DNA of 64,000 nucleotides from Antechinus flavipes (Eukaryota): NCBI RefSeq assembly GCF_016432865.1, contig NC_067402.1, positions 183,582,001 to 183,646,000 of the forward strand, read 5' to 3'. Shown piece by piece: positions 52,359 to 64,000 of this stretch (position 1 is its first letter; each line of letters starts with the position of its first letter). The notes under the pieces were generated by a model. It saw only the letters and a program-made list of their open reading frames with translations, ran no database searches and was not told where the DNA came from. The position numbers and the translations under genes were made by a program.

Positions 52359-54229
52359 CCTACTGTATGTCACATACTCTTATTCTTGAAATAGTGACAT
52401 GGTGAGACTCAAGTGAAGAGAGAATGGATTCTAGGCTCTCAAAAAGGCCAATGCAAAGTCATAAATGTGGGAGGTACAGGAGAGTATTGTGTGAGAGGAA
52501 GGAGAGAAAGCCAGTTTGGATCACAGATTTTAGGAAAGAGTAATATGCAATGAATTTAGAAAGATAGATTGGGGGTAGGTTGTAAAAGGTTTTAAATAAT
52601 AACAGGGCTTTAAAATTTGCAAAGTACTAATCTGCAAATTTACAAGCAGATTCAAATCCAAAATAAATTCTTAGTAAAAGTGTGAATCCTATTTTTTCAT
52701 ATTGTTAAGCATTGAATTGCCCACACCTATCATACTTCTTTCTTTGTGAGCATAGCTGTAGTAGAGTTGTAATTTAATTTATATCTTTCTAATATATGCA
52801 TTTCCATAAATGTTTGCCTCCTTTTCTTACTATTTTTTGGTCATTAGAGTAGATCCTCTAAAGAAATAGACAATTTCAATAGATGTTACATTATTTCCTT
52901 TAAATTCCCAATGGTACTCTTTAGTCAAATAGCATCTGAGTCTCTGAAATAGGAAATCTTACAGTACAGCATGTTTCATATTCTTGTCTAAGTCTAATTT
53001 ATCTATTGAACATAACTTGGATCAATGTAGTAATCCCACATTTATCTAGCATCATTGGGGGATTGAAAGAACAAAACTTTAAAAATATTAACCAATTCTA
53101 GTGGAAATACTTCTACAACATATTAAATATAACCTTTTTGATGATTTAAGGCTATCTTGATGAATAGAAATTTAACTAAATATTTATTAAGCATATATTG
53201 AATGAAATATGTTTTGTTATAGGTGTCCCAAAGTATATAAATAAGACAATCACAGTTCTTGCTTTTATAGAATTTATAGTTTAATTGAGGAAGTGATGCA
53301 TACTCATATGATTGATATAAGGCAGGATGTGATGCATCATAAGAAAGTACAAAAGTGTAGAGGGCCAGTACTCTGAAAATACTTGAATGGACCTTCCTAT
53401 AATATAGTTCCAATAATAAATACTGTGATGGCCCCAAAGTTACTAAAGTGTATAGGAATGCTGGACCTCAAATTCAATATCTCCAAGATGCTATATTTTT
53501 TACTGTGTCTATTTATTACTATTGTCATGTGCCTCCTTCCTTCAATCAACTCCCTTTTGTGTATGCTTTTAGTAGCACCACTTCTCATATTCCCTGGCAT
53601 TTAAATCGTTCTATTGTTGGCAGAAAACCAAATAATCAATTTTGCATAAAATTGTATATAAAGCAGAAGTATTTATCTCTGAGTTTATGATTGAGGAAAT
53701 ATCCTATTATTTAAGCATATGAACTTTGGGGCATCGATTTTAATTACAAGTTGTAATTTTTTTCCCCTTTTTTAGACTCTCAACTATGTCATAGCTAAAG
53801 TTGCTAGAGAAGTGACTTTCAGAAAAATCATGTTAATAATATTTACAACATAACCATTTATAATTAGGAATTTTGAAGTCAGTGACTATATTCAGAAAAT
53901 CCAAATTATAAGAAATTCTTAATAATTCTTTTTTTTATTGTCAATTCTTAACCATTATGAATAATCTATATTGTTAGAGGAACTGAAAACATAGAAATGA
54001 GATCCATAGATTTCCCAACTATCATTTTAGCAATTATACTATCCTCTTCATAAATACTTTTTGTGGCCATTTTAATGTTACGGAAATGAATTTGAATATG
54101 TGCCTAGAATGACAGGCATGCATGGGAAAAACATGTAGTCAGGGATTGATTATAGCTGAGATCAACTGTGTAGGAGACCTATGATCCTGATATTTTTTAA
54201 AAACAAATTTTGAATGTGAAACAGATTAG

Positions 54230-55450
54230 AAAAGCAAGATCCAGAAACAACTGCTCAGTGTAGCCAAATGTTCACTTATCCCAACAAGATAAATATTAGG
54301 GAAAATAATCCCTATTTTATCAATTCTGCTGCAGAAAACAGTCTTATATGGGAGAAATTCTGCTGGGAAAAATGTAAAGTATTTTGGCAGGAAACAGGTT
54401 TGGACCAGCAACTTACAGCATACATCACAATGCAGTCAAAATGGATACTTATCCTAAATGTAAATAATCAACCTGTTACTGAAAAATTAAAGGAGGATGA
54501 AAGGAAAGACTATTCACAACTATTAGTAAATTGAGAATTAATGATCAAACAAGAGATAGAAATAGTCATATAAACAAAATATAAATAATTTTGACTACAT
54601 AAAATTTAAAAGATTTTGCACAAATTAAAACACATGTAGGTAGAACTTATATAAAGAAAAATTTCTCTATTTTATAGAGAAGGAAATTGAGGCAAAGAGG
54701 ATTAAGTGTCTCACAGCTCATAAGAGTCTGAGGCAAGATTTTAACTTATGAAGATGAGCCTTCCTGATCCCAAACCTAATATTCTATCTACTGTACCTCA
54801 TTCAATATATATATGCAATCAATAAATCTGCCATTCAAAAGTAGATATTACTCAAAGACTATGAATATAAATTTTTAAGGAAAACATGTATTGATAACCA
54901 TATGGGGATATTATTCAAATAATAATAGATAAATGAATATTTAAACACTTTTGAGATTTTTAAACTTATATCCATAAGATTATGAAATATGATTAAGGAT
55001 GAAAATAGTTAATACTGTAGAGGCTGCAGGAAGATAGACACATTAAAACAGCGTTGATTAAGTTGTGAACTGGTCCATACATTTTGGGAAATAGTTTAGA
55101 ATTATAATAGAAAAGTGATTAACATGTTCATACTCTTTTCCCCTATCTATAGATTGATACAATATGTAATATATAACTTAAAGAGTCAAAGATAGATGGA
55201 AAGATCTCACATATACCAAAATATCCATAGCAATAATTTTTGTAGTAGTAAAAAAGTGGAAACAAATTTGGTTACCATTGGTTAGGGAATATCTGAGCAA
55301 AATATGCAATATTCATGTATCAAAATACTATTATGCTATATGATATAATGAACATGTAGAATTCACCAAAACTTGGAAAATGCATATGAAATGATACCAT
55401 GAATCAATAAAGGCAAGAGAGAATATAGTAACATAAAGAAAAAGAACCCT
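54230..55450 (+). mobile_element. Old L1 ORF2 3' remnant
   Basis: Track ORF 54268-54534 KFCWEKCKVFWQETGLDQQLTAYITMQSKWIL resembles L1 KWCWENW..LGLDPHLTPYTKINSKWI; A-rich + strand. Confidence 0.7.
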
Positions 55451-55775
55451 AAAAAGTACTCAATTCAGATGAACGTAATAGTACCAGTGAATTTGTGAAG
55501 ATACACACACACGCACACACACACACACACACACACATATGAAATCAAAATATATATTCAAAAAATAGGTTTGGGCAGTGAGACTTTATTAGCTAAAGTT
55601 AGGGATGGTAGACTCAATCAAACACTGCAGCCAACTTCTGGATGACAGTGACTTAATGGAGGGTAGTCATATGGAGATCTTTTTGATATTTGTTTCTTTT
55701 TATTTTTTAAATTATTGATGATTTTTTCGTTTACAACATTTACTCAATACATATATCTTCATCCTACCCTCCTCC

Positions 55776-56127
55776 TGTAAAGGTCTGAAACTCTGAATAG
55801 GTGCACTGGAATCAGACAACAGAGCACTTAAGGCTAATTATCTATTGGATGATACACTATTAGCATATGCTTGGAAAATGGCCCTTCCCACTATTCTGTG
55901 CTGGCTCAATCTTTTGGTGTATACAGATAATTGTAGGAGGGATTAGGGGGTGGAGTAAGACAAGCCAAGGTCACTTTGGCGATGGATGAAGAAAAGGGAG
56001 GTTGTGGAGAACTTGTGTCCATCCCCTTGACTTCTCCCCCTAAAAGCCAAGAATAAGACCAAGGACTTTTGCTTATCCTGACTCTAGCTGATTCTAAGAC
56101 ATCCAGGATGCTAACCCAGACTTCACA
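55776..56127 (+). mobile_element. Solo LTR (352 bp), diverged relative of family B, inserted in an old L1 fragment
   Basis: TGTAAAG...CTTCACA termini; 6-bp TSD TCCTCC at 55770-55775 and 56128-56133; shares colinear blocks with the nested LTR (TGCACTG, AGCAC.T.AGGCTA, AATGGCC, CCCACT, CCTGACTC.AG.TGATT.TAA). Confidence 0.85.
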
Positions 56128-59047
56128 TCCTCCCTTTCATAACAAAAAAATTAAGCAAATGAAAGTGACACTCTATTAGCACATCCATACCCAATATCTC
56201 TCAACTTCGTACTGAGAGAAGAAAAAACTAGCATGCTTCATCAGTGTTCTGAAATCAAGATTATTTAATCTGACTTTTTATTTCTTTTGCTATTTCCTTC
56301 CTGAAACATATTTCTTAATTCTGCTTTCTTCACTTTATATGTTTTCCTTAGTTTCTCTGAATTCCTTAAATATATTGTTTCTACCACAAAAAGTGCTAGT
56401 AAGGGGTTTTCTCCCCAATCCATTATTGACCTTGTTTTATTTTATGCTTGAAAGTAAGGTTCAAATAATTTGGTCACTTTTCTTGAAAAATTAGCCAGAA
56501 TAATTGGACCAGTACAGGTCTACAAAATATATGATTGCAGCTTTAAAGCATTTGGGGATGAATATAATTGATATATAGTTGAAGTATTTGGGGGGAAATG
56601 TACATCAATTGATACTGTGAATTAGGTTAAAAAGAACTTAAATTCCTTTTTTCTGAACAGTGCTTGAAAGTATTTCAAATTTGCATAATAGAATCTTCTT
56701 ATCCCACTTGTAAATTAGCTTATTTATATTCCAAAAGTATTTTACATATGCATTGGTAATTTCTCATAACTGAGTACTTTCCTTCTTAGATTCATTTCAT
56801 ATTTTTTATTCTTAAATCCCTCTACATTTTTCATAGTTTACATGGTCTCAGAAGCTAATGTTGGATAAATATATCCATTATATATTGACTATAGTCATGC
56901 TGTTCCATGTAAACTAAAATCAAAAAAGAGGCCATAATCTTACCTTATAGACACCTATAATATCTGTTAATTATGTTTCAACTGTTTTACAGACATGTTA
57001 TTTCACCTAGGGCTAACCTAAGTATAAGTTAAGGAATCTGGAAATTTTGTATTATATTGATTCAATTGTCTTTGAATAAATCCCTTAACCTTGTAATGCC
57101 TTCACTCCTAAAGTTTAGAAGAGACTTATCAGCTGAAACAAGTATTTTGTGAGTCAATAAAGTCTAACAAATAGCAGAGAAAGTAAAAGGGGTCTTCTAG
57201 GATTGGAGTTTTAATTGTGTCAAGAAGCTTTGTTGAAGCTTTACTATTGTTCGAATTCTTTTGGTGGGGATTCTCAGAACAGGTGCATCATTGATATTTA
57301 TAAATTATATTAATGGTATATTCTCATAGTTCTACTGAAAGAGAAATCCCCTTTTTAAATTTTTTCATTTTTGCAAGAGCCTGTCAGGAGTTCAGGTATT
57401 ACCTCCTTAAATGTTGCTTTGTATTTTAAGATTAAATTGCACTTGTTTCTAGAATCACAATAAATGGAAAAACAGATCCTATTTTTAAAGATTATTAATG
57501 TAACAGCAAATTATTTTTTGCCTGTTTTTATAAACCTTGTTATTGTATCCTGCCTTCCCAGATCTTCCTATTTTGTATATGGATAAATCACAAAAATAAT
57601 AATGACAATAACAACAACAATAATTGGCATTTCTATAGCATTTTAAAATTTGCAAATTGCTTTGGATAGCTTTACTCATTTGAGTAAAATAAGTGAGGTA
57701 GGAATTATAGATATTTTTAACAGATGTGGAACCTGATGAATACAGTGGTCAAATGATTTGTTAACATTCATATATGTTGCTGTAGTAAGTGTTGGAAGTA
57801 GCATTAAAACTCAGGACTTCCTGACTTAAATCTAGCATTTTATGTAGACTAAGAAAGTAAGCTTAGAAAAAGTCCACATTAAATGATCATCTGGAATATT
57901 AGGTAGTGATTATCAATATTGTTATTTGATCATTATCAAATAGCGAATCTTTCATTTTTTTTCTGTGAAGTATATATTTCACTGAATTATGAAATTTGTA
58001 TTGAATGTTAGTATAGCTTGAGCTTCATGTGGAGACATATAGAATGAAATAATTCAGAATTACTGTTGCAATATGATGGGAAATGTAAAAACAAAATGTA
58101 CTCCTATCCCTAACTTTCTGTTTATTGTATTCTGTAATCATATATGTGTAAGACATATTTAAAAAGCTGAACATCTTGAGGCTGCCACATCCTGACAATG
58201 TCCTGATTGAATATTGTTGAGAGTAACAAGAATGGTCTAATGCATCACCAGGATAGTTGCCCAGTTGATCCTGAGATAGTTGTCAAGGTCATTTATCACA
58301 AGAGTTCCTGGATAACGAGACAATATTTCAAGCAGAGGATTTTAACATTTCTCCTTCATAATGAAATTTTAGTGAGTAAAGTCTCATAATGGAACCTAAA
58401 TTAAAATCAGAACAAATCTGAGCTATCTTTTATTCAATAAATGGGACCTAATTATATAATGTACTGTGACATTTTGGAATGAAAATAATAAATTTCAGAA
58501 CTTGAACAGGCATTTCTTTTTAATTACCTTGTTTCATCAGGGCAAGATGGATTATACTTCTTCAGATCATCATCCAAACAAAAAAAGAAAGGTAGCAAAC
58601 ACTGAACTTTGTGGTGTGTCTGATCTTACAAGCATTTGCTATGCTGCAAAAGCAAAAATAAAATAAATAATTCTTTTCAAGCCAATCATTGAGTATATCT
58701 GTGCACAGAATCTCAGATTTGTGGAATTTAAATAAAAAAGTTTCATCCTAAATGTACCTTATAATTTGCAAAGATAAAAGGGAATTCTTTTTTGTTTTTG
58801 AAAAAATAATTGCAAAGCCTAAGTCAGTTGCTAGTAGTTGGAGTCAAAATTTGGACTCCAATTTGGAGCTAGAGTTGGAGTCAAAAGATCTAAATTCAAA
58901 TCTTGCCCCCTACTACTTTCATAATTGTAGCGTTGGGCATATTTGGTCTTTAATTGCCATAAGCTTTAGTTCCTCTGTAGAATAAGTGAGTTGAATATGA
59001 CCTCTGAAGTGCTTAATAATTCTAAATCTGTGATCCTTTCATCTGCT

Positions 59048-59195
59048 CTTTTTTGGGGGGGTGCTATTTTGGAGAGCTAATTGGGGGTATGTAATTTGCC
59101 CAAGGTCACACAGCTGATAAGTGTTAAGTGTCTCAGGTTGGATTTGAACTCAGGTCCTCCTGACTCCAGGGTTGGTGCTCTATCCACTGCACCTT
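59048..59195 (-). mobile_element. WSINE1-like SINE
   Basis: GTGTTAAGTGTCTCAGG..GATTTGAACTCAGGTCCTCCTGACTCCAGG..TCTATCCACTGCACC is the reverse complement of the 31381 element. Confidence 0.8.
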
Positions 59196-60636
59196 ATCTG
59201 TTCTTAATAGTGAAAAAAACAAAAAACAAAAAACAAAAAAACCCTTGTCTTTATTTTTTCATTGTAAACATTTCTTCTATTTTTTATCATTTTATGTCAC
59301 TTTTATCATTTTTATACTAGACAACTTTTTGATTTCTTTTACTATTTTTTATTTCTTTTATTATTATTAATTATCATAGCTAGCATTTATATAACACTTT
59401 CAAGATCTAAAAGACACTTTGCAGATATCTCATTTTAAAAGAGAAAAGATAGAAAGGTCTCTTGTCTCTTCTCTCTGGTGCAACTAGGTGGTACCATAGT
59501 GCACAGAGCACAGGGGCCAGGAGTTAGGAAAACCTGTTTCAAATGCAGCACCAGACACTTAGGAGTGTAGTCATGGACAGGTCACTTAACCTTTTATTAC
59601 CCCAGTTTCCTCATCTGTAAAATGGGGTTGATGACTGTACCTACCTCACAGGGTTGTTGTGAGGATCAAATGAGACAAAATTTGTAAAGCACACATACAG
59701 TACTTGACACAAAATTGGCACTATATGAATGTTAGCCACCACCACCATCAATGTCATCAAAGTTATCAACTAAAAATAAAAAGCATATGATATTCTTCCT
59801 ATATTCTTGCCTATAATCATATTGTAATATATATGTGGAAAAATGTTTTGAAGATTTAGGAAGAATATTATAAATTAGTCAATTTAAACATGAGAAATAT
59901 GGCCATTAAATATAGTTACCAATCATTATGTCATTTGTTATTAATATGTAAATGATACTAAATATCTCCATAGTACTTTTATATTTTTGAATGACATTTT
60001 TGATTTTGCAGCATTATATGACAGAGAACGAGAGATGCCTATTTGCTTTTTAAATAGCTTAGAATGATTATTTTCCACTTTTCTGGTTTTCTGAATTTTC
60101 TTAGCTGACCTTACTTTTACTATCCTTGTGTATAAATTGAATATTTAATGAGATGCAGCAATCTAATTAGATTTTAAACTTTTCTAACCCAACCCATATG
60201 TTGAATTTTACAAAGCAATGTTTTGTAGTGCTTTTTAAAAAAAGAAAGTGATAATTTTGTTTAATTCATGTAACATATATGACATTTTCAGTTCTCCCTA
60301 GTTCATTAGTGATTTTATCATAAAATTATAAGAAATGTCAAACCAACCTGTATCCTTTTAAGAAATTTTGCTTTATTTAGACTAAATTTTTTGGTACCCT
60401 TTCAAATATCATTAACCTGTTGAATACTGAACTGTTATAATAGTCTTATACAGTACACTTAGTTGCTCTTTTGTGGCTCCAAGATTTTATGTAAATAACA
60501 CGTGCCTTCAGCTACACAAATACAATGGTGACTTGTCATCTATTGTATTTCTGTGTGAAGCAGACTTGTTTTAGAGATGATCTTGTGATGTGAATCATAG
60601 ACTGAGAGTGAATAATGTCTTTTTCATTTCTTTCAG

Positions 60637-60704
60637 AACAACGAAAGAATTATGCCAGAGACAGCGTCAGTAGCATGTCAGATACAACTCAGTATCGTGT
60701 TGAA
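60637..60704 (+). CDS. EPS8: EPS8 third coding exon, (E)QRKNYARDSVSSMSDTTQYRVE
   Basis: Acceptor TTTTTCATTTCTTTCAG, donor GAA|GTAAGA; 68 nt; matches human EQRKNYARDSVSSVSDISQYRVE. Confidence 0.97.
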
Positions 60705-61475
60705 GTAAGATGTTTTTCTTCCTTCACTCTATATTATCGTTTTTCTTGACATATGAAAATATCTGGGATATCCAATGTATTTTAATGAAGAATGAAAACA
60801 AATTATAAATCCACAATCACTCCCAGCCTCGTTCTGTATATTATACAATCTAACCTTCTTTATACTTTTGCATTATAGAATATATTTTGAAATTGAACCA
60901 ATAGTAGTTTCTTCAGGTGCAGGTGTTTTATTTTTAGATGTGCTCCCAAGCCATTTCTGCTTGCTCTATTTAGTTAACTGCTTTCATTTTGTAATTTGAT
61001 GATTTAACTGAGCTCTTTGAAACTTTTTTTTTGGGGGGGATAAGGAGTTATTAATTAAATCCTATTTAGATTCCCTTTACTTATAGTAGAAAATACTTAA
61101 AAAGTATTAAAGTATTAAAAAGGAAATGTGACTTATTTAATTTTTTCTACAAAAGCTCAAATGTTAACATTTTAGGTTCATATTCTTAACTTAAATGCTG
61201 GAAGAATTTTCACTAATCTTTTGCAAGTACCTTCTGTTGATTGTTCAGAAATTAAAAGATTTTATCACAGACACTGACTGAAGCTGATATTCTCATATAT
61301 CCCAGTTGATAGTAATCCATATTGTGAAAGCTATAAAATAAAGTTCTTGTTGTCATTGAATTGAATTGAACTGTAGTGATGGAATTTAATAATTGTAGAG
61401 AGACAGCCCTGGTATAATGGAAAAAGATGAAGGTACAAGTACTAATATTTAATATCTAATGTCATTGTGAATATG

Positions 61476-61634
61476 TTCTTTTGTTTTGTTTTTTACTGAG
61501 GCAATTGAGGTTAAGTGACTTGCCCAGAGTCACATAGCTAGGAAGTGTTAAGTGTCTGAGGTCAGATTTGAACTCAGGTCCTCATGACTTCAGGGCTGAT
61601 GTTCTATACACTGTGCAACCTAGCTACTTCTGTA
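61476..61634 (-). mobile_element. WSINE1-like SINE inserted into an older SINE
   Basis: Reverse complement matches the 31381 element; TSD ATTGTGAATATG at 61464-61475 and 61635-61646. Confidence 0.85.
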
Positions 61635-62165
61635 ATTGTGAATATGGACAAGTAATTCTCCTTCTGTTTGCCCCATGAAAACTTAAAAGTTAAGAAAAGT
61701 TGCTATCTGCATTGTTGTAGGAAAGTTCCATAATTGCTAGTTGCCCAAAACAATGAAATCATAAATCAACTCCCCAAAAGATATGTTTGAAAGAAGACAA
61801 GGTACTGATTCTTAAAAACAAAGAAATTGAAATTCATGTTTGTTTAAATGTGATATCCATATAGTAAATCTTTATTACAGTGTGGTATATTATTGCTTAG
61901 CATTAGAAATATAATAGGTTGAATCATTTTCCCTTAATTAAAACACTATTGAACCATAGTTTTCCCAAGAAATAGATCCTATTGTTTGCCTTTTGATAGA
62001 CAATGGTGCAAAAGATACCAGATTAGTAAGAATTAAAATAATAGAGCCAGAACTGTACTGTATTTTTATATATTTCTCTAGTGTAATTAACTTATCAATT
62101 TGTTTTTAAAAATGACAATGTTATGTCGTGTCTCATGTTTTTAAAATTTATGTTCCAATCAACAG

Positions 62166-62327
62166 CATCTGACTACTTTTGTACTGGATCGGAAAGAGGC
62201 TATGATAACAGTAGAAGATGGAATAAGAAAACTGAAATTGCTTGATGCCAAGGGCAAAGTTTGGACGCAGGATATGATTCTCCAAGTTGATGACAGAGCT
62301 GTGAGTCTGATTGATTTGGAGACAAAG
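62166..62327 (+). CDS. EPS8: EPS8 fourth coding exon (PTB domain), HLTTFVLDRKEAMITVEDGIRKLKLLDAKGKVWTQDMILQVDDRAVSLIDLETK
   Basis: CAG acceptor at 62163-62165, donor AAG|GTAAAT; 162 nt, phase 0-0; near-identical to the human EPS8 PTB segment. The gene continues beyond the window. Confidence 0.97.
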
Positions 62328-64000
62328 GTAAATTTTGTAAATTGCAACCTTGTCATTATCTAAATCCTTTGAAAACTCAGGTCAAATTTATTATGGAATT
62401 GAAGATAATTCAATAAATGAAAGATTTAGTAATTCAAACAATGGAAGAGAACTCATAAAAAGGAATTTTTTAGTCAAATGTAATTATTTTAAATGTCTGC
62501 TTTGTTTTTAAAGTAAATTTTTCTTGAGAGTAAATTCTTTTTTGTCCCTCATGCATCATGCCCTTTCTCCCCATCTCTGTCTCTTAAATTCTCTGACTTC
62601 CAAGTTTCACCTACTATCCCACCTGTTTTTAGAAGTCTTTTCTAATCCCTTTTATTTCTAGTACTTTCACTTTTAAAAAATGTCCTATTCATTTTGTTTA
62701 TTGATTGTAGGTCATTGGTTGGATCTTCTATTTCTCATTAAATTGTGAGCTCTTTTAAGAGCAAGGAATGTTTTTAGCTTTTCTTTTCATCTCTAGCACT
62801 TAGTAGAGTAACTAGTATTTTATGAGTTTATTTAAATGTTTATTGACTAACTAGCTAACATAGGCAAAGAACTTTTTATTTTCTGTTCTTTGAAATAAGA
62901 GATGAAGAAATCTTGTGTACTAAAACAATATGCCCTAATATTAGGTTTTTATTTTTGTTTTGCTTTAAGAATTTTTTCTTATGAGGTATCAATAAATGTA
63001 AACATTTTAATTCACAATGAAAAACAAAAAAGATGGTATATAAAACTTACCCTCTTTATGTACATTCCTCTGTATAAATCTTGAGTCCTTTATATATCTA
63101 AACACATACACACATATATAATTCAAATTTAAAATGGTAGTTTCATCACTATCCTACATGTCTGTTTCCCTTTTGAAGTCTATTCTACTATCTTGTTTAT
63201 TTTTTTAATTGTTCATTGGTACTCTTTTTTTTCCTTTTCTTTTTCTTTTACAAGAATATTCTTACTGTCATAATTTTTATTTTATCATGAGCAAAATTAT
63301 GTACCAGGGCATGAATAAGAAACATTTATGAATTAAATTAATTTTATGTATTGTTATAATTCTCAGTATTGCTTATTATTAAATTTTCAAGTGATACTTA
63401 AAAAAGAGTTTTCATATATTTCAATAAAATCTCAAATTCACATGTAGCTCTTTTATATATAAATGCACATGTATGTACTAGATGCCAGTGTATAGGATAA
63501 AGTTATCTCACTTGTTTTTTGATAAATGCAATAGGTTACTTGCTAACAGAATGATGATGAAAAGCTTTAAGAAATAGCTGGGTTATTTATTCAGCTTTTA
63601 AAAGTTTTTGTGTACTTCCTACTTGGAAATAATATAAAAAACTCTTATAATCTCAGTTTTTTTAACCTTGCTTTTTGAAGAGCAATTCATCCTCAATGTA
63701 TTTCTTGTAAAATATAGATTTGTCTTAATGACAGTATTATTTGATTTCATTGAGTAGACTAACATTGTGGGAGTGTATTTATAGTTCTTTCCAAACTGGC
63801 ATAGTTCCAGCTTTATTCTCAAAATAGTACAAATGATTGAGTATTCTGAGAACAAGATGTCACATTTATTATATGTTTATTAAAAAGAGAATGAGGGAGG
63901 AAAGGAGCAAGGGAGGGAGAAAGAGAGAGACAGAGATAACAGAGATAGAGACAGAAGAGAGATTATGTTAGACACACAAAAAAATGGAGATAGAGATAGG

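Noticed and set aside
12645-58291. Scattered AP-1 (TGAGTCA, e.g. 12645) and TCAAGGTCA (58283) motifs
   Set aside because: Numbers are about what chance gives in 64 kb; no clustering evidence.
62159-62356. 65-aa minus-strand ORF
   Set aside because: Antisense shadow of the EPS8 PTB exon.

Overview
AT-rich, CpG-depleted mammalian genomic DNA. The repeats (WSINE1-like and Mar1/BovB-tailed CORE-SINEs, marsupial-type L1 3' ends) point to a marsupial, probably a dasyurid or other Australian species; this is inferred from remembered consensus sequences. The window holds the 5' coding part of EPS8 on the + strand: four GT-AG exons at 40985/41014-41072, 42630-42703, 60637-60704 and 62166-62327. They splice in frame to 121 codons (MNGHISSHSSGFGSYPSQMNGYGSPTFPQMDRDHNSKTSAKALYEQRKNYARDSVSSMSDTTQYRVEHLTTFVLDRKEAMITVEDGIRKLKLLDAKGKVWTQDMILQVDDRAVSLIDLETK), i.e. 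the N-terminus and start of the PTB domain. Bases 1-40984 are probably the long first intron, as no CpG-island promoter is visible. The rest is mostly layered transposon debris (L1, L2, L3/CR1, SINEs, MITEs, microsatellites) plus one 196-N gap. The most structured accessory feature is in intron 3: a 3.0-kb antisense betaretrovirus-like (class II) provirus remnant (49350-52358, TSD CCTACT). It keeps its 5' LTR, a tRNA-Lys-type PBS and a decayed gag, has lost pro/pol/env and most of the 3' LTR, and carries a second-family solo LTR (TSD TAGCCC) inside its capsid gene. A relative of each LTR family sits elsewhere in the window in the sense orientation. I found no convincing previously undescribed biological system; the findings are mostly retroelement architecture and testable regulatory hypotheses. 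Nearly all ORFs in the supplied track are spurious or transposon remnants.
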